From Abditibacteriaceae bacterium (GTDB taxonomy: Bacteria; Armatimonadota; Abditibacteriia; Abditibacteriales; Abditibacteriaceae): 17,802 nucleotides of DNA. Shown one piece after another: positions 7,419-15,307 of this stretch; position 1 is the stretch's first letter; each line of letters opens with the position of its first letter. The notes under the pieces are model-generated. The model was not told the origin of the DNA and made no database searches. It worked only from the letters and a program-made list of their open reading frames with translations. A program made the translations under genes and the position numbers. The stretch is taken from contig JANPJS010000174.1 of the NCBI GenBank assembly GCA_031425655.1, positions 1 to 17,802 of the forward strand. Reading direction: 5' to 3'.

Positions 7419-9953
7419 CTATCCGTCAATCGTGCGCTTAATCTGCTCCATCACGATGCTTTGAATGCGGTCGCCGACTTCAAAAGCGTTGTAGGTTTTC
7501 GACGAAATGCCGCACTCTTGTCCGGCGGTCATTTCCTTGACATCGCTTTTGACGTGGCGCAGGGAATCGAGCTTGCCTTCCCATGCTTTTTGTGTCTGCT
7601 GGTTCTTGCGAAAAATACGCATCGTCGAGCCGGCGATAATCTTGCCGCTGGTCACCATGCAGCCAGCGATGGTGCCGGTCAGAGAACTCTTGAACAAAGC
7701 GCGCACTTCGGCTTCGCCCGCCAAACGCTCCTGGTAAATCGGCTTGAGCATTCCTTCGAGCGCGGCTTTGACTTCGTCAATGGCGTCGTAAATTACGGTA
7801 TAGCTGCGAATTTCGATCTTCTCGCGGTCGGCTAAGCTGGCCGCCGATGACTCGGTGCCAACCGCAAACGCGATGATAATGGCGTCCGAAGCCGAAGCGA
7901 GAAGCACATCGTTTTCCGTGACGTTGCCGGTTCCGCGCGAGATGATTTTCACGCGCACTTCGTCGTGCGCCAACTCTTCGATGCTCTGGCTGAGAGCTTC
8001 GACCGAACCTTGCCCGTCGGCTTTGACGATGACGTTGAGTTCTTCGACCGTGCCCTTTTTCAACTGCGCGAAGAAGTCTTCGAGCGAAGCGCGGCTGCGC
8101 GAAAGCTGAGTCGCCGACTTGGTTTCCTGAGCGAACGCCGTCGCCTGTTCGCGTGCTTCCCGCGCACTGCCAACCGAACGCAGCGTATCGGAAGCGTGCG
8201 GCACAGCCGAAAGGCCCATCAAGGAAATCGGCGTTTTAGGGCCGGCCTCCTGAAGCAAATCGCCTTTGTAATCTTGCATGGCGCGCACGCGCCCGAAGAC
8301 ATCGCCGACCACGACATGATCGCCGACGCGCAGCGTGCCGTTGTGCAGCAAAACCGTCGCAACCGGGCCTATTTTCGGGTCTTGGCGCGCTTCGATGACC
8401 GTTCCTTGCGCGAAACCCGCGTCGTTGGCCTTCAAATCCTGCATTTCGGCGACAAGCAGCACCATGTCGAGCAATTCCTGCACGCCCGCACCGGTTTTGG
8501 CCGATACCGACAACACGACCGTATCTCCGCCGTAATCTTCGGGAATCAGGCCGTTTTCGGCCAATTCGCCCTTGACGCGATTGGGATCGGCGTCCGGCTT
8601 GTCCATCTTGTTCATGGCCACAATCAGCGGCACTTTGGCCGCTCGCGCGTGATCAATTGCCTCGCGCGTTTGCGGCATCACGCCGTCGTCGGCGGCCACA
8701 ACGAGAATCGCAATATCCGTAACGTGTGCGCCGCGTGCGCGCATTCGTGTGAAGGCGGCGTGGCCGGGCGTATCGAGAAACACGATGCGTTCGCCTTTGT
8801 GCTCGGTCTCGTAAGCGCCGATGCGCTGCGTGATGCCGCCGGCTTCGCCTTTTTGCACGTTCGCCGAGCGAATCATGTCGAGCAGCGAGGTTTTGCCGTG
8901 ATCAACGTGGCCCATCACGGTCACGACGGCGGGCACTTTAATCATGTCCAGCCCGCCGAGTTCTTCTTCGATGGCGCGTTCCTGACGGCCCTGCTCCAAC
9001 TCGATTCCGTAGCCAAATTGGGCTAACAACTGCCCGGCCACGTCCGGCCCCATCACCTGATTGGCCGAGCGAATCATGTTCATCGAGAACAATTTCTTGA
9101 TGAGCGTGGCCGGTTGTTCGCCGATTTGCGCGGCCAATCCCGACACCGTAATGTCCGGCGGCACCATAATCATGGCGCCGGGCGCGGGCTTTTCCGGGCC
9201 TTCGCTCTGGTCGCTTTCCCAGCCGCGCGCCGTCCGCATTTCGCGCGGATTGCCGCCGCCACGACGGCCACCGCCGCCACTGCGTCCGCGAAAACCGCCT
9301 CTGTTGCCGCCACCGCGATTGCCGCCGCCACGATAACCGGGACTATAAGCCGGAGGCGCGGCGGGCGCTGGAGCCGCGCCGGTTGCCGGTGCCGGAGCAG
9401 CCGAAGCCGTCGTTCCAGCAGGCGCAGCGGTTGTGCCCGAAGGCGGCGCTGGCGTAGCAGCACGCGCCGAAGCGCCGAAAGCAGCGGGCGCAGGTGCCGG
9501 AGTTGGCGCGGCAGGGCGAGGAGCGGGGGCCGGAGCAACAGGCGTCGGAGCCGGACGTGCCGCAGGCGCATCGCGCCGGGCGCCGGGGCCGGATTTCGCC
9601 GGGCCTTGCACGACCATGCCTTCGACGGCTACCTGCGCTTCGCGGAAGTCTTCAATGTGATCCGAGGCCACTTCCTGAACCGGAGCGGGCCGCTTGGCGC
9701 GAAATTCGTCGGGGCGAAACTTCTGGAAAGAGGTTGGCTGAACCGGTTCGGGCGGCGGCGGCGCAGCGGCGGCTTTGGCCGCTTCGGGGTTGTTGCGGTT
9801 AAAAATCATTTGCCGCAGCGATTGCGCGGCGGTTTCTTCAATTGAGCTGGACGGCACTTTGCCCGTCACACCGATGGATTGCAGCATTTTCAGCAATTCT
9901 AACGGAACGACATCCAGTTCTTTCGCCAATTCGTAAATGCGATGTTTCGCCAT
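7419..9953 (-). CDS. infB: Translation initiation factor IF-2
   Basis: [10 protein letters not shown]-domain, Pro/Ala and RGG linker, [20 protein letters not shown] 9953 is preceded by AAGGAAG; an in-frame GTG lies at 9962. Confidence 0.98.
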   Translation of the reverse strand: MAKHRIYELAKELDVVPLELLKMLQSIGVTGKVPSSSIEETAAQSLRQMIFNRNNPEAAKAAAAPPPPEPVQPTSFQKFRPDEFRAKRPAPVQEVASDHIEDFREAQVAVEGMVVQGPAKSGPGARRDAPAARPAPTPVAPAPAPRPAAPTPAPAPAAFGASARAATPAPPSGTTAAPAGTTASAAPAPATGAAPAPAAPPAYSPGYRGGGNRGGGNRGGFRGRSGGGGRRGGGNPREMRTARGWESDQSEGPEKPAPGAMIMVPPDITVSGLAAQIGEQPATLIKKLFSMNMIRSANQVMGPDVAGQLLAQFGYGIELEQGRQERAIEEELGGLDMIKVPAVVTVMGHVDHGKTSLLDMIRSANVQKGEAGGITQRIGAYETEHKGERIVFLDTPGHAAFTRMRARGAHVTDIAILVVAADDGVMPQTREAIDHARAAKVPLIVAMNKMDKPDADPNRVKGELAENGLIPEDYGGDTVVLSVSAKTGAGVQELLDMVLLVAEMQDLKANDAGFAQGTVIEARQDPKIGPVATVLLHNGTLRVGDHVVVGDVFGRVRAMQDYKGDLLQEAGPKTPISLMGLSAVPHASDTLRSVGSAREAREQATAFAQETKSATQLSRSRASLEDFFAQLKKGTVEELNVIVKADGQGSVEALSQSIEELAHDEVRVKIISRGTGNVTENDVLLASASDAIIIAFAVGTESSAASLADREKIEIRSYTVIYDAIDEVKAALEGMLKPIYQERLAGEAEVRALFKSSLTGTIAGCMVTSGKIIAGSTMRIFRKNQQTQKAWEGKLDSLRHVKSDVKEMTAGQECGISSKTYNAFEVGDRIQSIVMEQIKRTIDG

Positions 9954-9979
9954 CCTGACCACTTCCTTTGGGAACCGCA

Positions 9980-10053
9980 GAATATCGAAAAAGGAATGCA
10001 GAAGGCCGAATGTTTAATTCATTATTCGCTATTCCTTGTTCGATATTCGATAT
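9980..10053. repeat. Degenerate heptamer-unit palindrome (AATATCG-type) overlapping the ylxR 3' end
   Basis: 9980-9997 and 10031-10048 are 17/18 complementary; an extra CGATATT unit follows. Confidence 0.8.
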
Positions 10054-10318
10054 TTGTTTCAATTGTCGCCAGCAGCTTTGCTTTTAGCTCAGGCGGCGCC
10101 GGAGCCTGTAATTTCAAGGCTCTTTCCAGCGCACGACGCAACCAGGCTTTTTCGACACACGTTGCCTGAGCGCATAAATAAGCGCCCCGACCCGGAGCGC
10201 GGCCTTTTTCATCTAATTCCGGCACCTGTCCGCCCTGCGATACGACGCGCACTAATTCGCCCTGCGGCTTTTTCGCGCCGCAGGCCACGCAAGTGCGCAG
10301 CGGTTGATGCCGAGACAT
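10022..10318 (-). CDS. ylxR: YlxR (RnpM) family RNA-binding protein
   Basis: PLRTCVAC, LVRVV, GRGAYLC, L-x-RALK motifs; ATG at 10318. Confidence 0.93.
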   Translation of the reverse strand: MSRHQPLRTCVACGAKKPQGELVRVVSQGGQVPELDEKGRAPGRGAYLCAQATCVEKAWLRRALERALKLQAPAPPELKAKLLATIETNIEYRTRNSE

Positions 10319-10322
10319 TTTT

Positions 10323-10377
10323 AGTGACCAGTGACGAGTGTTGAGTGACGAGTTTTCATCGCCCAACACTCGTCGTT
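10323..10377. repeat. Heptamer tandem-repeat palindrome (AGTGACC/AGTGACG/AGTGTTG/AGTGACG)
   Basis: Four 7-mers at 10323-10350; 10333-10343 pairs perfectly with 10364-10374; fills the nusA-ylxR spacer. Confidence 0.82.
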
Positions 10378-10378
10378 T

Positions 10379-11872
10379 TTACTCTTCTTTCGGCTGCTCG
10401 ACCGTATCGTCGGCAGCGGCTTCTTCGACGGAGGCTTCGTCTTCGACAACAGCGGCTTCGGCTGCATCCGACAAAGTTTCCAATTCGCCCATGCCCAATT
10501 CGCGCGCGGCAGCCGCCATTTCGGGCGACATTTCCGGCGCTTCGTCGGGCGCGTTCAATGGCAGAATTTCGGCAAAAGCATCTTCTTCAGCACTGCGTTC
10601 TGCAACGACGCGGCGCGGCGCCATGTCAACCTCGAACATGCGCTTGGCCTGCTCTTCGGCGTATTGCTTTTCAGTGCGAATATCAATGCGCCAGCCCGTC
10701 AGACGCGCTGCGAGGCGCACATTCTGGCCCTGCTTGCCAATCGCCAGCGATTGCTGATCTTCGGAAACGATGACCGTCGCGGTGCCTTGCGTGACGTTTT
10801 CACGCTCACCCCGCTCTTCGCCGTCGTCCTGATTTTCATCGCCGTGCGCGCTGAACTTCGGCCCAGCTTGCTCCGTGAGAATCACTTTGGAAATTTGCGC
10901 CGGAGACAGGGCGTTGGTGATGTAAACGATGGAATCGGCGCTCCAGCGCACGATGTCTACTTTTTCGTTGCCCAATTCGTCCAGCACTTTCGAGACGCGG
11001 CCACCGCGCGGGCCGATGCAGGCGCCGACCGGATCAACGTCGGGATTAGTGGCTGCAACTGCGATTTTGGTGCGCTGTCCCGGTTCGCGCGCCACGGCTT
11101 TGAGTTCGACGATGCCATCGGCGATTTCCGGCACTTCAAGCGTGAAGAGCTGGCGAACAAGGCCCGGATGCGTGCGCGAGACTTTGATGGCCGGGCCGCG
11201 CGGATTCTGCCGCACTTCCAGCACGAACGTGTAAAGCGTCCTGCCGATGGCGTAATGTTCGCTCGGCACCTGCTCTTTTTTGGGCAAAAGCGCCTCGGCC
11301 TTGCCGATATTGACGATAATGTCGCCGCGTTCCATGCGCTGCACGCTGGCGCGGAACATTTGCCCGGCTTTGTTGGCGTATTCGCTGGCGACTTGCACGC
11401 GCTCGGCTTCGCGCAGCTTTTGCAAAAGCACTTGCTTGGCGGTTTGAGCCGCGATGCGTCCAAAACCCGCCGGGGTGACTTCTTCTTCGACGCCGTCGCC
11501 CAAGTTGATGTCGGCTCTTTGCAGGCGCGCATCGCGCCACGCGATTTCGGTATTGGGGTTCAACACGCGCTGCACCACGAGTTTCTGCGCGAAAACGCGA
11601 AACTCTTTGTTTTCGATGTCGGCCTCGACGCGCACCGCGCCGGTTCCGCCATACGCCTTTTTATAGGCCGAAACGAGAGAGCCTTCGACGCTGGAAATCA
11701 GCGCCGAAACCGGAATATTTTTTTCTTCCGCAACGCGTTTGAAGGCGTCCATCAAGTCTTTGCGTTCTTCGGCCAGTCGCTCGGCTAACTTCGCCGCGTT
11801 TTTCGCTGCCGTCGCCGCCGCTTTAGCAAGAGCTGCTTTTGTCGGGGCTTTTGTGGGGGCTTTTAGAGCCAT
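10379..11872 (-). CDS. nusA: Transcription termination/antitermination factor NusA
   Basis: FGRIAAQTAKQV, S1 domain, AREPG-x-RTKIAV, GACIG, AIGKQGQNVRLA; AGGTG SD upstream. Confidence 0.98.
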   Translation of the reverse strand: MALKAPTKAPTKAALAKAAATAAKNAAKLAERLAEERKDLMDAFKRVAEEKNIPVSALISSVEGSLVSAYKKAYGGTGAVRVEADIENKEFRVFAQKLVVQRVLNPNTEIAWRDARLQRADINLGDGVEEEVTPAGFGRIAAQTAKQVLLQKLREAERVQVASEYANKAGQMFRASVQRMERGDIIVNIGKAEALLPKKEQVPSEHYAIGRTLYTFVLEVRQNPRGPAIKVSRTHPGLVRQLFTLEVPEIADGIVELKAVAREPGQRTKIAVAATNPDVDPVGACIGPRGGRVSKVLDELGNEKVDIVRWSADSIVYITNALSPAQISKVILTEQAGPKFSAHGDENQDDGEERGERENVTQGTATVIVSEDQQSLAIGKQGQNVRLAARLTGWRIDIRTEKQYAEEQAKRMFEVDMAPRRVVAERSAEEDAFAEILPLNAPDEAPEMSPEMAAAARELGMGELETLSDAAEAAVVEDEASVEEAAADDTVEQPKEE

Positions 11873-11893
11873 CTTTTTTCACCTGATTGTATT

Positions 11894-11962
11894 AATTTTG
11901 AGTTTTAAGTTTTGAGTTTTGAGTTAATTCAACTCAAAACTCAAAACTTAAAACTCACAACT
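11894..11962. repeat. Heptamer tandem-repeat palindrome (AGTTTTG family) in the nusA 5' UTR
   Basis: Perfect 27-bp IR at 11899-11925 and 11931-11957 with a 5-nt loop. Confidence 0.95.
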
Positions 11963-11987
11963 CTTGTTCTTCCGCCGCGTTTTGGAG

Positions 11988-12025
11988 ACAAAACAAAAAG
12001 TGGGGCCGCGCGGCGCCCACTTTTT
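11988..12025 (-). promoter_or_regulatory. rimP-leader-like attenuator/terminator hairpin
   Basis: Minus strand reads AAAAAGTGGG-CGCCGCGCGGC-CCCACTTTTT followed by GTTTTGT, matching the GTGGG...CCCAC hairpin typically found upstream of rimP-nusA operons. Confidence 0.75.
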
Positions 12026-12041
12026 CGGAAACCGGACCCTG

Positions 12042-12070
12042 ATTATCCCCGTTTCACGCTGCGAAGTTAA
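12042..12070 (-). promoter_or_regulatory. Putative sigma70 promoter of the nusA-infB operon
   Basis: -35 TTAACT (12070-12065), 17-bp spacer, -10 GATAAT (12047-12042), just upstream of the leader hairpin. Confidence 0.6.
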
Positions 12071-12201
12071 TTTTACACTTTTTCAGCGATTTTTGCCACA
12101 GAGACCCGCCATGCGGCGAAATACCAGACGTAAAATGCTCTCGCAGATGAAAAGAACTTTTCACACTCACCTTACGCACGGTGCTATGCCTCCGTGGTTT
12201 T

Positions 12202-13368
12202 TCAGCGGCGCGGCGCGCGAACCGTCACGCGCGTGCCCAGCGCAACGAAGTCGAAAAGTTCCTTGATGGCGGGGTTTTCCAGCGCGATGCAGCCCCACGT
12301 CCAGTTTTGGCCCAAACCGCCGCCGCCGTGAATCATGATGTTGCCGCCTAACGCTGTGTTCTGCGGCGGAACGCGCTTGCGACGAATGGCGCGCTCGATG
12401 GCGCGCTGCGTGGTTTTGTCAATCAGCCCGGCGCCGCGCCCGCGCGCCGCGTCTTCATGGTTCGGATAACTGAGTCGCAGCGAGCGATAAAACTGGCTGC
12501 GCGCGTTGCGTTCGCACAGATAAAACTCGCCTTCGGGCGTGCGATAATCGTTGAGCTTTTGCTTGTCGTTGACGGCATCGAAACCCAGCGCGGCGGGATA
12601 GGCTTTGAGCAGTCGCTGTCCGGCATAAACGCGCACAGCGGGATGCAGCGTCAGCGTTTTTTCGGTCGCATCGAAGCGCCAAACCGACGGCTCTTTTTCC
12701 ACGACCAAACGCAATGCATCGCGCCGCACGCCTGCCGCGTGGCAGCGCTGCGGCAAAGTCGGCTCGCGCGCCGACCAAACAAGCGGCTGCGCAATCGCAC
12801 CGGCTTGACGCATTCCGCCCCATCGCTCGCGGCCCTCCATTCCGGCGTGAACCCAAAACACGGCACTATTCGCCGTTTGGTGCCCGTAAACGCCCAAACC
12901 ACCGCGCCAGCCGTGCGCTTCCAAATCGGCGGCGAACAGGCAGGCGTCTATCAGGCTGATTTTGCCGTCGCCGTCCAAATCGCCGACCGCAATGTCGAGC
13001 GACGATCCGCCGGAGTGTTCTTTTTCAAAAGGGAAACAAGTTTGCGCCGCTTCGGAGGCATTTTTTCGGTCGCGCAACACGCCAAACTCGCCACCTTTGG
13101 TCTGCCAGCGCGCAATTCCGGCATCCAAAGCCGCGACAAGCGATGAATTCGTTGAGTGAGGCGATTTGGCGCGATAATTTCCCCACGTCGTTGTGGAAGT
13201 TGGCAACCGCTGCGCTTCGCCCGATAACGCTGTGGGCATCAACGCGAGGCGGCGCGGCACGGCGTAAAAATGCGCTCCTATCAGCGCGATTATCGAGGCG
13301 AAAAAAATCAGCCAATGAAAGCGTCTCACGAAGCGATAAATTCTAATTTCGCGGGCAGAATTTGGCAC
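12202..13368 (-). CDS. Membrane-anchored L,D-transpeptidase (YkuD) family protein with an N-terminal peptidase M15-like/EF-hand-like region
   Basis: N-terminal TM helix; C-terminal D-x-RTPEG-x-FY, SYPN and IMIHG...WTWGC motifs; central HSGGSSLD, DLDGDGKI and GGLGVY...WVH. Confidence 0.82.
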   Translation of the reverse strand: MPNSAREIRIYRFVRRFHWLIFFASIIALIGAHFYAVPRRLALMPTALSGEAQRLPTSTTTWGNYRAKSPHSTNSSLVAALDAGIARWQTKGGEFGVLRDRKNASEAAQTCFPFEKEHSGGSSLDIAVGDLDGDGKISLIDACLFAADLEAHGWRGGLGVYGHQTANSAVFWVHAGMEGRERWGGMRQAGAIAQPLVWSAREPTLPQRCHAAGVRRDALRLVVEKEPSVWRFDATEKTLTLHPAVRVYAGQRLLKAYPAALGFDAVNDKQKLNDYRTPEGEFYLCERNARSQFYRSLRLSYPNHEDAARGRGAGLIDKTTQRAIERAIRRKRVPPQNTALGGNIMIHGGGGLGQNWTWGCIALENPAIKELFDFVALGTRVTVRAPRR

Positions 13369-13417
13369 AAATGGCAGTTTAGCGCCGATTAAAGCGGGGA
13401 ATCTGTAAAATAAGGCT

Positions 13418-14305
13418 ATGAAACCACTCCTCCGCCTTTCTTCGCTGGCTTTTTTAGCGGTTTTCGGCGCTTCGTGCGCGAAAACCGAACCGACGCAGGC
13501 TCAAACCGGGCCGCCTTCGCAAACCATCGGAGGCGTTCGTATTTGGAAAGATGTTTCGTATGTCAGCAATGGCCATGCGCGGCAAAAGCTGGATTTTTAC
13601 GCGCCTTCGACGAGCGGTGGCCCCGGCCCGTGGCCGTGTGTGATCTGGATTCACGGCGGAGGCTGGGAAAACGGCAACAAAGATGGCAACGGCGCGATGG
13701 GTTTGAACTGGCGCAGTTATGCAACAGCCAGCATCGGCTATCGCTTGACGGACGCCGGGCCGTTTCCCGCGCAAATCGAAGACTGCAAAAGCGCGATTCG
13801 CTTTCTGCGCGCCAATGCCGCGAGGTTCAATATTGACGCGAAGCGCATCGGCGTCATCGGGCAAAGCGCGGGCGGGCATTTAGCGGCTTTAGTCGGCACC
13901 AGCGGCGACGGGACGATGTTCGATAAGGGCGAAAATTTGGGACAATCGAGCCGCGTGCAAGCGGTGTGCGATTTATCGGGGCCGGCGGATTTCAGTCTTT
14001 ACGGCGCTTCGCGGCCCGGCGATTTGCTTTCCAAATTTTTCGGCGGCGTTTTGCAGGATAATCTCGAAAAAGCGCGAATTGCGAGTCCCGTCACTCACGT
14101 AAGCAAAGACGACCCGCCGTTTCTCATTTTCAACGGCAGCGCCGACCCGCTCGTGCCGCCGCGCCATGCCGAAAAATTGCGAGGTGCGCTGCAAAAAGCC
14201 GGCGTGCCGGTTTCGCTAACCATTCTTCCCGGCGTCGGCCACGCGCTCGACACCAAAGCGATTGAGCCTTCAGTAGCGGCGTTTTTCGACAAGCATTTGA
14301 AGTGA
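13418..14305 (+). CDS. Lipoprotein alpha/beta hydrolase (HSL/BD-FAE-like esterase)
   Basis: Lipobox-like FGAS-C, HGGGW oxyanion motif, GQSAGG nucleophile elbow, D (GSADPLV) and H (GVGH). Confidence 0.92.
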   Translation: MKPLLRLSSLAFLAVFGASCAKTEPTQAQTGPPSQTIGGVRIWKDVSYVSNGHARQKLDFYAPSTSGGPGPWPCVIWIHGGGWENGNKDGNGAMGLNWRSYATASIGYRLTDAGPFPAQIEDCKSAIRFLRANAARFNIDAKRIGVIGQSAGGHLAALVGTSGDGTMFDKGENLGQSSRVQAVCDLSGPADFSLYGASRPGDLLSKFFGGVLQDNLEKARIASPVTHVSKDDPPFLIFNGSADPLVPPRHAEKLRGALQKAGVPVSLTILPGVGHALDTKAIEPSVAAFFDKHLK

Positions 14306-14388
14306 GTTTGCGCTGTCGGAATCGCTCTGCGGCGAACTTTCCCACGGTGTTCCATCATCCAACCGAAAGCAATTCAAGGAGTTTCTCT

Positions 14389-15306
14389 ATGCAAAACCTG
14401 AAATATTTCAGCGTCGCCGCTGCTTTGCTGCTGTCCATCAGCGTGTGGGCGCAACCGCCCGAACCGCGCAAAGACCCGCCGCCAGTTATCGAAGTGCCGC
14501 TTATCGAAGTGCCGCAATTTCTTGAAGCGGAGCAAGTGGTGCGTGCTTTCGCGGATGCCGTTGCTGTTTCCGATCATCCCAATCTCGAAGCAGCTGCGCG
14601 TTTCGTCGAAGGCGGGCTAAACGGTGACGCCTTGAAACCCATCGCAGAAGAACTGGCTAAAGAGCGTGCGGGCTGGACAACCAAAGTGCTGGATTTGAAC
14701 GTGCAAATCAAAGACAACACCGCTGAGGCAAAGCTGGTGCTGGTATTGCGCCATCGCTTGCTGGGCAAAATCAGGCATCAGGAACGATTAACATTGCACA
14801 AAATGGCGAACGAATGGAAAATCGTCCCGCTTTTGCCCGAAGATTTCCAACACTCTTTTAGCGATGCTTTCGACAGCGATATTTTAGCGACCATTGCTAC
14901 TTATTTAGCGCGCCCGCAGGAAATTCACGAAGCCAGCGCTTTTGCCTGCCTGACCAACCTCAAGCAACTTGGATTGGGCGCCATGCAATTTCTGCAAGAT
15001 TGGGACGAAAAATTCGCGCTTAAAGCAGACAAATATCAAGAAGCCCTGATACCTTACATTCGCACCGATCAGATTTTCCATTGCCCGGACGACAAAAACG
15101 GACAGATCAGCTACAGTTTCAACCCGAAATTCGAGAATGTGTCGTTGGCGCAAATCCACGCTCCGTCGCAAACCGTGCTAATTTACGAAGGCAAGAACGG
15201 GCAGTTGGAGTTTCGCCACAATAATCGCGCGGGCGTTTGCTTCGCCGACGGCCATTGCGAACTCGTCACGCCGGAAAAAGCCAAAACGCTGAAGTGGAAG
15301 CCGTGA
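14389..15306 (+). CDS. Secreted protein with a C-terminal DUF1559/H-X9-DG-type domain
   Basis: AAGGAG SD before ATG 14389; Sec signal ending VWA-Q; CLTNLKQLGLG...QDWDE, FHCPDD and H-NNRAGVCFA-DGH motifs. Confidence 0.8.
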   Translation: MQNLKYFSVAAALLLSISVWAQPPEPRKDPPPVIEVPLIEVPQFLEAEQVVRAFADAVAVSDHPNLEAAARFVEGGLNGDALKPIAEELAKERAGWTTKVLDLNVQIKDNTAEAKLVLVLRHRLLGKIRHQERLTLHKMANEWKIVPLLPEDFQHSFSDAFDSDILATIATYLARPQEIHEASAFACLTNLKQLGLGAMQFLQDWDEKFALKADKYQEALIPYIRTDQIFHCPDDKNGQISYSFNPKFENVSLAQIHAPSQTVLIYEGKNGQLEFRHNNRAGVCFADGHCELVTPEKAKTLKWKP

Positions 15307-15307
15307 T

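Noticed and set aside
9240..9600. GC-rich repetitive stretch inside infB
   Set aside because: It is the ordinary Pro/Ala and Arg/Gly low-complexity linker of IF-2.
7965..11788. Long plus-strand ORFs 7965-9026, 9114-9845 and 10664-11788
   Set aside because: They are antisense shadows of infB and nusA, as expected in GC-rich coding DNA, and show no protein motifs.
12095..12198. Possible decayed CCACRGAG...CTCYGTGG inverted-repeat element; similar TCCGTGT motifs at 1-33
   Set aside because: Only ~8 bp of complementarity, or the partner arm lies outside the window; too weak to call.
14486..14515. Perfect 15-bp tandem duplication (IEVP twice)
   Set aside because: It is real but is a single in-frame slippage in a linker, with no evidence of function.
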